Below, in pieces: positions 9,052-17,707 of a DNA stretch of 64,000 bases. A program made the translations under genes and the position numbers. Source of the stretch: Lachnospiraceae bacterium UBA4348 (GTDB lineage: Bacteria > Bacillota > Clostridia > Lachnospirales > Lachnospiraceae); assembly GCA_002394165.1 (NCBI GenBank), contig DGTA01000057.1, positions 8,477 to 72,476 of the forward strand, given 5' to 3'. The notes beneath the pieces are model-generated. The model ran no database searches. It was not told the DNA's origin and saw only the letters and a program-made list of their open reading frames with translations. Position 1 is the first letter of the stretch, and each line of letters starts with the position of its first letter.

Positions 9052-9798
9052 ATGGAGTTCGATCAGACGCAGACCAGGATGTACTCGATCATCTGCAGCC
9101 ACGACGGGATCAAAGCCCGTGATATCGCCGCCCGGATCGGGGCGGACAAAACACAGATCAACCGGATGCTGTACAATGCGCCGTTTATCCATGAGCTGTG
9201 CTACCGGGATAAGGATTATCTCTGGCACGGCCTCATCCGCCAGACATTCCCTCACACGGGGCTGGCCGATTTCTGCGGCTATTACGCGTCGGTGGAACGA
9301 TTCCGGGAGCAGGACGGTGAGGAGTGGCTCGAGGAATTAAAGGCCGGCTGCCGCGGCATCGGCCGGAATCTGAACGATACGCGCGGACTGATCCATTCTT
9401 TCAGGGATTCGCGGGAGGTCATGCTCGGACTTTTCGAGGATATGGACGAGCTGGATACATCTTCGTGGGAGATCTGTTTTGAGCTGCGGATCAGGCGCGC
9501 CAGGCATATCCGGATCTACGCGGATGTGCTGGTGATAACTGAAAATAAAGTTTTTTCGCTGGAATTTAAGATGAAGGACGTGATCGACCCGGATGAAGAG
9601 CTGCAGGCCGTCAAGTATGCGCGGTATCTCGACGTCATCTTCGGGCCTGGCTATGAGGTGATCCCCGCGCTGGTGCTGACCAGGGCGGAGGATCTTTACA
9701 CATGGAGCGAGCTGCCCGGGAGCACGGCGCAGATTCCGGTCTGCTCGGGGGATATGCTTTTTAATCTGTTTGATGAGTATATCGGGTTCCTTAACTGA
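9052..9798 (+). CDS. winged-helix-like N-domain plus NERD/PD-(D/E)xK-like nuclease domain protein
   Basis: The N-terminus IICSHDGIKARDIAARIGADKTQINRMLY looks wHTH-like. The C-part IRIYADVLVITENKVFSLEFKMKD...LQAVKYARYL fits the D...E-x-K pattern of NERD-type nucleases. Confidence 0.6.
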   Translation: MEFDQTQTRMYSIICSHDGIKARDIAARIGADKTQINRMLYNAPFIHELCYRDKDYLWHGLIRQTFPHTGLADFCGYYASVERFREQDGEEWLEELKAGCRGIGRNLNDTRGLIHSFRDSREVMLGLFEDMDELDTSSWEICFELRIRRARHIRIYADVLVITENKVFSLEFKMKDVIDPDEELQAVKYARYLDVIFGPGYEVIPALVLTRAEDLYTWSELPGSTAQIPVCSGDMLFNLFDEYIGFLN

Positions 9799-10009
9799 CC
9801 TCGGGATCCGCGTCAAGGTCATCCTGCCTGACGGCATGGCGGAGCAGGCGAAGGAGCCGGCTGTTGTCCCTGCCGGATCTGGCGGGGGCGGGAGTTTCTT
9901 CCTGTGTATCCACTGCAGGGGTCAGGGACCGGTTCTCCGTTTTCTGAGGGAGGGACAGGTCGATCCCCGCTGTGATCTCCTGCAGCTGTGAAAATGATAA
10001 TCTGATCAT
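9791..10009 (-). CDS. possible small hypothetical protein (72 aa), low confidence
   Basis: An ATG preceded by GAAAGAAAGG. The tail overlaps 9052..9798 by 8 nt. Composition is low-complexity and Arg/Leu-rich, so it may be non-coding. Confidence 0.25.
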   Translation of the reverse strand: MIRLSFSQLQEITAGIDLSLPQKTENRSLTPAVDTQEETPAPARSGRDNSRLLRLLRHAVRQDDLDADPEVS

Positions 10010-10109
10010 AACTTAACCTTTCTTTCTATAAGTAAACGCCCGGGGGCAATTATTGCTCTCACAGTAAGATACGAATCGGGCTGAGACTATCCACAAAAGG
10101 AGGAAAAAG

Positions 10110-11150
10110 ATGAGCGGCAATACGCATATCCTGAAGGAAAGACCCATCCGGTGGGGGCTTTTGGGAGCAGGTGTGATCCTGGACCGCTGGCTGAAAGGAG
10201 CCATGCAGGCGGAGGGCACACAGATCGCGGCGGTCGCCTCGCGGACGATCGAAACTGCGAGAAGACAGGCGGATAAATACAAGATCCCCGAGGCGCTTAC
10301 TTATGATGAGATCCTGAAGCGGAAGGACATCGACATCATGTACATTCCGGTGCCGCATATGGCGCACAGGGATCTTGCACTGCGGGCGATGGAAGCGGGC
10401 TTCCATGTGCTTGTGGAGAAACCCGCCGGCGTAACGGCAAAGGAATGGGACGAGATGACGGCCTGCGCCGCCAGAAATCATGTTTTTCTCATGGAGGCAG
10501 TCTGGACCAACTGTTTCCCCATCATGAAGCGGCTGCGTGAAGAACTCGATTCGGGCAGGATCGGCGATGTCCGGAATGTCCAGGCAAATTTCGCTTTCCG
10601 CGTGGACGACGATTATCAGGGCAGGCTGACTGATCCCGCCCAGGCCGGCGGCGGCCTGCTGGATGTAGGCGTCTACACACTGCATTTTGCACAGAATGTT
10701 TTCGGGACTTCACCGGAAAAGCTGGTCTCCTTCGCGTCAATGGACACGGATGACCTTCATCTGAAGGTGGATGAGCAGTGTGCCGTCATCGGCCAGTATA
10801 AGAACGGGGCCCTGGCGGTCCTCCAGGCGGCGATCCGGACTGCCATGCCCGATACCGCGTGGATCTACGGGACGAAGGGATACATCCGCATGCCGGTCTT
10901 CTGGAAACCGTCCGTGATGGAGATCACCACGCAGGAGGGGACCAAGACTGTTTCGATGCCGGTCTCACAAAAGCTGGAGGGCATCGAGGACGAGGGCTAC
11001 CAGTACGAAGTGAGACACGTAAATGACTGCCTGCGGCAGGGACTGACCGAGTCACCGCTGGTGCCGCATGATGTGACGAGGGCCGTGCTCAGGCAGTGCG
11101 ACGCCCTGCGCGCGCAGTGGGGACTGAAGTATCCGTTTGAAGAAATGTGA
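10110..11150 (+). CDS. Gfo/Idh/MocA family oxidoreductase
   Basis: AAAGGAGG RBS. N-terminal Rossmann motif IRWGLLGAGVI and the EKP motif (VLVEKPAG). Confidence 0.9.
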   Translation: MSGNTHILKERPIRWGLLGAGVILDRWLKGAMQAEGTQIAAVASRTIETARRQADKYKIPEALTYDEILKRKDIDIMYIPVPHMAHRDLALRAMEAGFHVLVEKPAGVTAKEWDEMTACAARNHVFLMEAVWTNCFPIMKRLREELDSGRIGDVRNVQANFAFRVDDDYQGRLTDPAQAGGGLLDVGVYTLHFAQNVFGTSPEKLVSFASMDTDDLHLKVDEQCAVIGQYKNGALAVLQAAIRTAMPDTAWIYGTKGYIRMPVFWKPSVMEITTQEGTKTVSMPVSQKLEGIEDEGYQYEVRHVNDCLRQGLTESPLVPHDVTRAVLRQCDALRAQWGLKYPFEEM

Positions 11151-11179
11151 ATGAAACCGGAGATGAACGGAGGCCTTTT

Positions 11180-11770
11180 ATGAAATGGATGATCGCGTCC
11201 GATCTTCACGGATCGGCTTACTACTGCCGGAAAATGCTGGAAGCCTTTGAACGGGAGAAGGCAGACCGGCTGCTTTTTCTTGGAGATATTCTCTACCACG
11301 GCCCGCGAAACGATCTGCCGCGGGATTACGCCCCGAAGGAAGTCATCCGGATGATGAATTCCCTCTCAGACCGGATCCTGGCCGTGCGGGGCAACTGCGA
11401 GGCCGAGGTGGACCAGATGGTCCTGGACTTCCCGGTCCTCGCTTCCTACGCCGTTCTGGAGCTGGGCGCCGGCACGGGCAGCAGCGGCAGCATCATATAC
11501 GCCACCCACGGCCATGTCTGGAACATTGACAACCTGCCGCCTCTTAAAAAAGGCGACATCCTGCTGTACGGACATACGCACGTGCCGCTTTGCGAAGAAA
11601 AAGACGGGATACATTGCCTGAACCCGGGGTCCGTGTCACTGCCCAAAGAAGGCAGCGAACACAGCTATATGACGCTCGAAAACGGCGTATTTTCCTGGGT
11701 TTCTTTTGAGGGGTCTGACCCTTTTCGCACGTTGAAGTGCAAAAGTTTTGAGGGGGAGGAGATAAGGTGA
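11180..11770 (+). CDS. YfcE/MJ0936-type metallophosphoesterase; the 3' end runs into a family-A repeat
   Basis: MKWMIASDLHGS...LGDILYHGPRN...VRGNCE...THGH...YGHTH. ATG at 11180 follows GGAGG. The last roughly 20 codons (EGSDPFRTLKCKSFEGEEIR) are encoded by the repeat. Confidence 0.85.
   Translation: MKWMIASDLHGSAYYCRKMLEAFEREKADRLLFLGDILYHGPRNDLPRDYAPKEVIRMMNSLSDRILAVRGNCEAEVDQMVLDFPVLASYAVLELGAGTGSSGSIIYATHGHVWNIDNLPPLKKGDILLYGHTHVPLCEEKDGIHCLNPGSVSLPKEGSEHSYMTLENGVFSWVSFEGSDPFRTLKCKSFEGEEIR
11708..11756. repeat. family-A palindromic repeat, degenerate full element
   Basis: GAGGGGTCTGACCCTTTTCGCAC-GTTGAA-GTGCAAAAG..TTTTGAGGGGG. The left arm matches 40388..40410, the loop is the reverse complement of the 40411..40416 loop, and the right arm is partly deleted. 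Confidence 0.7.
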
Positions 11771-11781
11771 ACGGGAACAGT

Positions 11782-12510
11782 ATGCTGGAGATCCGCCATT
11801 ACTCGAAATCCTACGGCGGAGGGAAGAAGGCGGCGGATGATGTGTCCCTGACCGTGGAATGCGGGGATATCTGCGGCTTTATCGGCCACAACGGCGCCGG
11901 CAAGTCGACGACGATCCGTGCTGTGGTGGGCGTCCTGGATTTTACGGAGGGCGAGATTTTTATCGGCGGGCATTCGGTGAAGGATGAACCGATGGAATGC
12001 AAGAAGATCACGGCGTATATTCCGGACAATCCGGATCTTTACGAGAACCTGACGGGCATCCAGTACCTGAATTTTATCGCGGATGTTTTTGAGCTTGGGG
12101 CCGCCGAGCGGGAGGAGCGCATCAGAAAGTACGGGGATCTGTTTGAGATCACGCGGGATCTGGGCGACCTGATCAGCTCCTATTCCCACGGGATGAAGCA
12201 GAAGGTGGCGATCATCTCCGCGCTGATCCATGAGCCGAAGCTTCTTGTGCTGGATGAGCCTTTTGTGGGCCTCGATCCGAAGGCGTCCTTTACACTGAAG
12301 GAGATCATGCATGAAATGTGTGATCGGGGGACGGCGGTCTTCTTTTCAACTCATGTGCTCGATGTGGCGGAGAAGCTGTGCAACAAGGTGGCAATCATAA
12401 AGCACGGCAGGATCATTTTTTCCGGGACCATGGAAGAACTGACGGAAGGCCAGTCACTGGAAGAGGCATTTCTGGAGGCGGATCATGAAGAAATACAGCA
12501 TTCTTCTTAA
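11782..12510 (+). CDS. ABC transporter ATP-binding protein
   Basis: Walker A GHNGAGKST, signature SHGMKQKV, Walker B LLVLDEP. Confidence 0.9.
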   Translation: MLEIRHYSKSYGGGKKAADDVSLTVECGDICGFIGHNGAGKSTTIRAVVGVLDFTEGEIFIGGHSVKDEPMECKKITAYIPDNPDLYENLTGIQYLNFIADVFELGAAEREERIRKYGDLFEITRDLGDLISSYSHGMKQKVAIISALIHEPKLLVLDEPFVGLDPKASFTLKEIMHEMCDRGTAVFFSTHVLDVAEKLCNKVAIIKHGRIIFSGTMEELTEGQSLEEAFLEADHEEIQHSS

Positions 12511-14074
12511 GACGATGCTCCTGTCCTCCAGCCTGGGGAATATCCGCAGGCACACGTATGACAGGAAAAAGAAAAGAAAGATCATCGGAAGCCGCATCGG
12601 TCTTACGCTCCTGTGCGCGATGCTCATTGCCTACAGCATCCTGATCTGTGTCGGCTTCGGAAAGATCGGGATGACCGGTGCGGTCCCGGTGATGTGTGCC
12701 CTGGTGATCAGCTCGCTCGCTTTTGTATTCACCTTTTTGAAGTCCAACGGATATCTGTTCAACTTTAAGGAATACGACATGCTGATGGCGCTCCCGTTTA
12801 AGACGAGGACCGTCGCCGCCTGCAAGTTCCTGTATATGTATATCAAGAGCCTGCCATGGTACCTGAGCATCTCCGCTGCCATGCTGGCCGGATATGCGTA
12901 CTATGCTCGGCCGCCCTTCTATACCTATATCATATGGATCATCCTGTCCCTGATCCTGCCGGTGATCCCGATGCTGGCGGCGTCATTTATCGGATTTCTG
13001 ATCGCGAAGATCAGCTCGGGATTTAAGAAGACCAACCTGATCCAGACGATCTTTACCTTCGTGATCATCGTCCTGAGCTTCAGCCTGCGCTACATTATAG
13101 AGGCGCTGATCGGAGACGATAAGATAGAAGCGGTTTTAAGCGGCATTTCGATGATGACAGGCCGGGCTTCGGGGATCTACTTTCCGGCCGGGTGGTTTGC
13201 CGCTGCGGTCACCAGGACGGATATTCCGAAGATGCTGGCACTGACCGGACTTAGCTTCGCGTTATTCGCAGCGGTGTTTTACATCGTCGGAAACTCCTAC
13301 AGGCAGATCAACTCCGCGATCAGGTCCCATGCCGCGTCGAAGAACTACCGGATGAGAAGACAGAAGAAGAGCAGTGTGGTCAATGCGATCGCCTTCAAGG
13401 AATTCAAGAGGCTGACCGGATCCACCGTGTACATGACGAACGCTGCGGTCGGCGAGCTTCTGGCCGCCCTGCTGGGGATCATCACCCTTGTTCTCGGCTT
13501 TGACAGGATCATCGCGATCATCACGCAGGGGGCGCCCATCGACCCGGCCATACTCCAACCGGCCATCCCCTTTGTCGTGTACTTCTTTGTCGGCATGGTG
13601 GCGACCACGGCATGCTCCCCGTCGCTGGAGGGAAAGAACTACTGGATCCTGCAGAGCCTGCCGATCGAAAAAAAGACGATCCGCCAGGGAAAAATGTTGT
13701 TTAATATGTACCTTACAGTTCCCTTTATGCTGTTTGCCGTACTTTGTATGTGTCTGTCATTCAAAGTTCCACTCCTCAACACGGTGCTGTACCTGATCCT
13801 GGGAGTCGCGCTGTGCGCCTTCTCCACAGCCTGGGGCTGCGTTTGCGGAGTCTGGCATATGCGCACAGACTGGGAGAACGAGGTGGAAGTGATCAAGCAG
13901 GGTGCGGCGGTCGTCATCTACATGCTGCCCAACATGCTTGCTGCGATGGGGCTGGTCGTGCTGATGGTGTGGCTTGGCACAAAGATGGATCATACGCTGC
14001 TGACAGTCATCGCAATCGGGATCGCCGGGCTGCTGGCGGGAGTGTGCTACAAGATCGCGATCCGGCTCCGCTGA
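12485..14074 (+). CDS. large polytopic ABC exporter permease-like protein (529 aa)
   Basis: Overlaps the ATPase gene by 26 nt. It has 10 or more hydrophobic helices. Family assignment (putative ABC exporter type) is from memory only. Confidence 0.7.
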   Translation: MKKYSILLKTMLLSSSLGNIRRHTYDRKKKRKIIGSRIGLTLLCAMLIAYSILICVGFGKIGMTGAVPVMCALVISSLAFVFTFLKSNGYLFNFKEYDMLMALPFKTRTVAACKFLYMYIKSLPWYLSISAAMLAGYAYYARPPFYTYIIWIILSLILPVIPMLAASFIGFLIAKISSGFKKTNLIQTIFTFVIIVLSFSLRYIIEALIGDDKIEAVLSGISMMTGRASGIYFPAGWFAAAVTRTDIPKMLALTGLSFALFAAVFYIVGNSYRQINSAIRSHAASKNYRMRRQKKSSVVNAIAFKEFKRLTGSTVYMTNAAVGELLAALLGIITLVLGFDRIIAIITQGAPIDPAILQPAIPFVVYFFVGMVATTACSPSLEGKNYWILQSLPIEKKTIRQGKMLFNMYLTVPFMLFAVLCMCLSFKVPLLNTVLYLILGVALCAFSTAWGCVCGVWHMRTDWENEVEVIKQGAAVVIYMLPNMLAAMGLVVLMVWLGTKMDHTLLTVIAIGIAGLLAGVCYKIAIRLR

Positions 14075-14166
14075 CATAGAAAAGGCCTGCAAAATATTCT
14101 TGCGAACGCGCGGAGGATATGTTATGTTATTCCCAGTATATTTCTAGAAAGAAAGGGGAATACCTG

Positions 14167-14334
14167 ATGAGAAAAGAATATGAAGCTCCGAAGGCAGAGA
14201 AACTTGATTTTGATTATTCAGAAGTCGTAACAGCCAGCAATACGGGTACGGGCTGCATGATCGCCGGTATGACCACAACATATTCGGATGGAAGCGGCAA
14301 CACTTATCAGACATCTGTTCCCGGCGACGAATAA
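14167..14334 (+). CDS. candidate RiPP precursor peptide (55 aa)
   Basis: MRKEYEAPKAEKLDFDYSEVVTAS / NTGTGCMIAGMTTTYSDGSGNTYQTSVPGDE. The N-half is charged and leader-like; the C-half is Gly/Thr/Ser-rich with one Cys. AAGGGG RBS. It lies directly upstream of the rSAM/SPASM gene. Confidence 0.6.
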   Translation: MRKEYEAPKAEKLDFDYSEVVTASNTGTGCMIAGMTTTYSDGSGNTYQTSVPGDE

Positions 14335-14350
14335 AGAGAAATTGTAAAAA

Positions 14351-14377
14351 GCGCCTCGTTTTCGAGGCGTTTTTTTG
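14351..14377 (+). terminator. intrinsic terminator/attenuator between precursor and maturase
   Basis: GCGCCTCG-TTTT-CGAGGCG followed by TTTTTTT, 17 nt after the precursor stop. Confidence 0.65.
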
Positions 14378-14400
14378 ATTTGACGGAGGTCGTGTTCAAG

Positions 14401-15549
14401 ATGAAGGAGCCGAAAAATGGCTTTGAATACCTGAAAAGAAGGCATGAGCAGGAACTGGGGAAAAACGTCCGTTTTTCCGGATTCAAACGGTACCTGGAAG
14501 TGAAGGCCCGTGAAAAGGGAACCCCTGTCAGCGGCCAGTTTGAACTGACGCCGCTCTGCAATTTCGACTGCAGGATGTGTTACGTCCACCTCCGGAAAGA
14601 CCAGCTTAAAACGCAGGATGTCATGACGGCGGATCAGTGGAAGCAGCTGATCAGGCAGGCCTGGGAGATGGGCCTGATCAGGGCGACCCTGACAGGGGGT
14701 GAGTGCCTGGCGTACCCCGGGTTTAAAGAGATCTATCTGTATCTGCACAGCCTCGGCTGCGAGGTCGTGGCGCTGACGAACGGTTTTTTGATCGATGACG
14801 ACTGGATCCGCTTTTTCAGGGAGCATCCGCCGGCGCAGATCCGGATCACCCTCTACGGATACGATGACGATACTTATGAAAATGTGACGGGTCGAAGATG
14901 CTTTGACCGGATCCGCGCGAATATCCTGAAGCTGAAGGATGCGGGGATGCCGCTGACGATCTCGGTGACGCCCAACCGCTTTCTCGGGGAGGGAGTCTTT
15001 GAGACGATCCGCACGGCCAAAAGCCTGTGCCAAAGCGTCCTGATCAGCAATACGCTGTTTGCCCCGAGGCAGGAGACCGGACGGGCGCAGGAAGGGCATA
15101 AGATCAGCGATGAAGATTACCTTCGGATGTACACGCTGATAAATGAGCTGGACGGAAAGGAGACGGTCCCGATCCCCAAAGACGAGCTGCCGCCGGCGGG
15201 CGGTCCTTCCCATGAGTGCAGGGAATGCGGGGTCGAGTGCGGCGCCGGACGATCGGGCTTCAGTATAGACTGGAAGGGAACCATGCGTCCCTGCACCCGG
15301 TTTTATGCGATCGAGGCGTTTCCGCTGCGGGACGGATTTGAAAAAGCCTGGCGGGAAATGAACCGGGTGGCCGCTTCCTGGCCGCGGGTCGCCGAATGTG
15401 AGGGCTGCGCCTACGCCACGGCCTGCATCAGGTGTCCGGCCAATATGCTTGCCTATGCCGAAGCGGGAGTACAGCCGGTTAAAATGTGTGAGAGGACAAT
15501 GTTTTTCGTGGAAAACGGGGTCTGGAACATCCCGGAATGCGATGACTGA
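14401..15549 (+). CDS. radical SAM enzyme with C-terminal SPASM domain (peptide maturase-like)
   Basis: CNFDCRMC (CxxxCxxC) and a GGECLAYPGF GGE motif. C-terminal Cys clusters are CRECGVECGAGRSGFSIDWKGTMRPC (Gx4C) and CEGCAYATACIRC. Confidence 0.85.
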   Translation: MKEPKNGFEYLKRRHEQELGKNVRFSGFKRYLEVKAREKGTPVSGQFELTPLCNFDCRMCYVHLRKDQLKTQDVMTADQWKQLIRQAWEMGLIRATLTGGECLAYPGFKEIYLYLHSLGCEVVALTNGFLIDDDWIRFFREHPPAQIRITLYGYDDDTYENVTGRRCFDRIRANILKLKDAGMPLTISVTPNRFLGEGVFETIRTAKSLCQSVLISNTLFAPRQETGRAQEGHKISDEDYLRMYTLINELDGKETVPIPKDELPPAGGPSHECRECGVECGAGRSGFSIDWKGTMRPCTRFYAIEAFPLRDGFEKAWREMNRVAASWPRVAECEGCAYATACIRCPANMLAYAEAGVQPVKMCERTMFFVENGVWNIPECDD

Positions 15550-15606
15550 AGAAAAGCCCGGGAGGGCAGTTTGCGAACGATTGATGTTTCGGACGAGGAC
15601 ATTTGA

Positions 15607-16821
15607 ATGAATACAGACGAGAAAAAACAATTATATAAGATCCTGATCATCCTCGGCGCCGTGGCGGTGCTGCTCAGCGTGATCCTCACGGTGTTCTTCC
15701 GGACGGATCTTGTGATGAAGCTGATCGGCCGGGCCATGACTGTCCTGGAGCCGTTTTTCTGGGGAATTGCGATCGCTTATATCCTGCATCCGATCAGCGC
15801 ATCCATCGGGCGCTTCCTGACAAAGATCGAGCGAAAGATCAGTAAAAAGCAAAGGCCCGGCCTGATCAGGACGATCAGCGTCCTGGGCGCCATCATTTTT
15901 ATGTTCGCGGTCATCACCCTGCTTCTTCTGGCACTGCTTCCCGAGCTGATCTCCAGCATCAGCAGCCTGATCAGTCAGCTGCCCGGTGCGCTGCGAAGCT
16001 TTGAGGAGTGGGTCAGCTCTCTCGACCACGGCGGGACCTCGCATGAGGTGGTCACCACTATCCAGGCGGCGGTCGACACGCTGGGCGACAAGCTGCAGAA
16101 TTACCTGCAGACCGATGTGCTGCCCAACTTGGAGACACTGGTCACCAACGTGACGAGCAGCTTCATGGGCCTCCTTTCCGTGGTGAAGAATATCGGCCTC
16201 GGATGCATCATCTCCGCCTATATCATGGGCAGCTGGGAAAAATTCATCGCACAGGCGGGCATGATCGTCTACGCGCTCTTCCCGAAAAAAACAGCCGACT
16301 GGATCCGCCGGGAAGCGAAGTTCACCGACCGGATGTTCAGCGGTTTTATCCACGGGAAGGTATTCGATTCACTGATCGTGGGCCTGATCTGCTTTGTCTT
16401 CTGTATGATCACAAAAATGCCGTACGCACTGCTTGTCAGCGTTATTGTGGGTGTGACGAACATCATCCCGTTTTTCGGGCCTTACCTGGGAGCCATTCCC
16501 TCCGCTCTGCTGATCCTGACCGTCTCGCCGGTCAAATGCCTGATCTTTGTTGTCTTCATCATTCTGCTCCAGCAGTTTGACGGAAACTACCTCGGACCGG
16601 CTATCCTGGGCGACCGTCTGGGCATCTCCGGGATCTGGATCCTGTTTTCCATCCTGGTCTTCAGCTCCCTGTGGGGGATCCTTGGCATGCTGATCGGAGT
16701 GCCGGTGTTCGCGGTGATTTATGACCTGATCAGCAGCCTTGTCGCTGCCGGGCTCAGAAAGCGCGGGCAGGAAAAGCGCCTGGCCAGATATGAAGATACA
16801 TTCCACAGCGAAAAAAAGTAA
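15607..16821 (+). CDS. AI-2E family (PerM/YhhT-like) transporter
   Basis: Eight-TM-like profile. The conserved C-part NIIPFFGPYLGAIP...LLQQFDGNYLGPAILG is present. Confidence 0.85.
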   Translation: MNTDEKKQLYKILIILGAVAVLLSVILTVFFRTDLVMKLIGRAMTVLEPFFWGIAIAYILHPISASIGRFLTKIERKISKKQRPGLIRTISVLGAIIFMFAVITLLLLALLPELISSISSLISQLPGALRSFEEWVSSLDHGGTSHEVVTTIQAAVDTLGDKLQNYLQTDVLPNLETLVTNVTSSFMGLLSVVKNIGLGCIISAYIMGSWEKFIAQAGMIVYALFPKKTADWIRREAKFTDRMFSGFIHGKVFDSLIVGLICFVFCMITKMPYALLVSVIVGVTNIIPFFGPYLGAIPSALLILTVSPVKCLIFVVFIILLQQFDGNYLGPAILGDRLGISGIWILFSILVFSSLWGILGMLIGVPVFAVIYDLISSLVAAGLRKRGQEKRLARYEDTFHSEKK

Positions 16822-16834
16822 AAGGGGAACGTTT

Positions 16835-17638
16835 ATGACAATAAAAAAGTTACTGCCGGTGCTGGTCTGCACCGCTGCTGTATTCTGCGCGGCGGGGGCC
16901 GTGCGGGCGTCAAAGCCTGATCTTGAAAGTGTTGAAATGGTGGCCCTGATACAGGAAGGCCTCAATGCCGCCGGATACGACTGCGGCACGGCCGACGGCA
17001 TCGCCGGCGAAAACACAAAAGCGGCTATCCGCAGCTACCGGGAGGCGAACGCTCTGCCGGAGGGCGATCAGATCGATGCCGGGCTTTTCAACGCCCTGAC
17101 GCTGACCGGTGAAGAGCAGGCGCTTGTGCATAAGGCGGAGGAGATCTGCGCCGATGTGCTGGAGGAGGGCAATGAGACGGGGGAGATCACCCTGTATGAA
17201 GGGGACCTGTACATAACCGTCCTTCCGGACTATACGGCGCAGGAACTGCTCCCGGTCCAGGAGACCGCCCAGGCCGTCACAAAGGCCATCGCCGCGGAGG
17301 AGGATCTCTCGCCGCTGTGGGAGACCGTTACCTTCAGCTTCGGTGTGCTCGGTGAGATCGAAAACAGGAAAGAAGACTACCAGAACATCACAGGCGTGAA
17401 GGAAGCGCTGGACGAGTACGAGGCTTTTATCGCCGGATACTGCACCTTCATGCAGGACTTCGACGGGAAAAATCCGGCTGCGCTGTCGTCGTATTTCTCA
17501 CTGGTTCAGGAATATGATGCGTACGAGGAGAAGATCGGGGCCATGAAGGAGGCCATGATGTCAGAGGAGGACCGCCGGTACTTTGACGAGGTGCTGGAGA
17601 GGGTGCAGGAGCAGCTGGCCGGGGTGGAGCAGCAGTGA
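16835..17638 (+). CDS. secreted protein with peptidoglycan-binding domain
   Basis: ATG at 16835 gives the MTIKKLLPVLVCTAAVFCAAGAVRA signal. The motif LIQEGLNAAGYDCGTADGIAGENTKAAIRSYREANAL is present. Confidence 0.75.
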   Translation: MTIKKLLPVLVCTAAVFCAAGAVRASKPDLESVEMVALIQEGLNAAGYDCGTADGIAGENTKAAIRSYREANALPEGDQIDAGLFNALTLTGEEQALVHKAEEICADVLEEGNETGEITLYEGDLYITVLPDYTAQELLPVQETAQAVTKAIAAEEDLSPLWETVTFSFGVLGEIENRKEDYQNITGVKEALDEYEAFIAGYCTFMQDFDGKNPAALSSYFSLVQEYDAYEEKIGAMKEAMMSEEDRRYFDEVLERVQEQLAGVEQQ

Positions 17639-17640
17639 GC

Positions 17641-17702
17641 CAGGAGACATATCTTCTGACTCACTAAAAAAGCGAGTCAGGAGATACATCCCCTGACTCA
17701 CC
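17641..17702. repeat. family-C palindromic repeat (GAGTCAGGAGATACATCCCCTGACTC plus a degenerate partner)
   Basis: 17675..17699 differs by 1 nt from 39775..39799. The stem is GAGTCAGG/CCTGACTC. It lies between convergent genes. Confidence 0.8.
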
Positions 17703-17707
17703 GGCAT

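Noticed and set aside
10010-10109. TPP-riboswitch-like CTGAGA box upstream of the oxidoreductase gene
   Set aside because: This is only an isolated CTGAGA. The pyrimidine-sensor helix and ACCTGATC-type elements are missing, and the downstream gene is unrelated to thiamine.
14218-15630. 470-aa ORF antisense to the radical SAM gene
   Set aside because: It lies entirely opposite a gene with clear catalytic motifs. Its Arg/Pro/His/Asp-rich low-complexity translation is typical of antisense frames in high-GC DNA, and it has no RBS.
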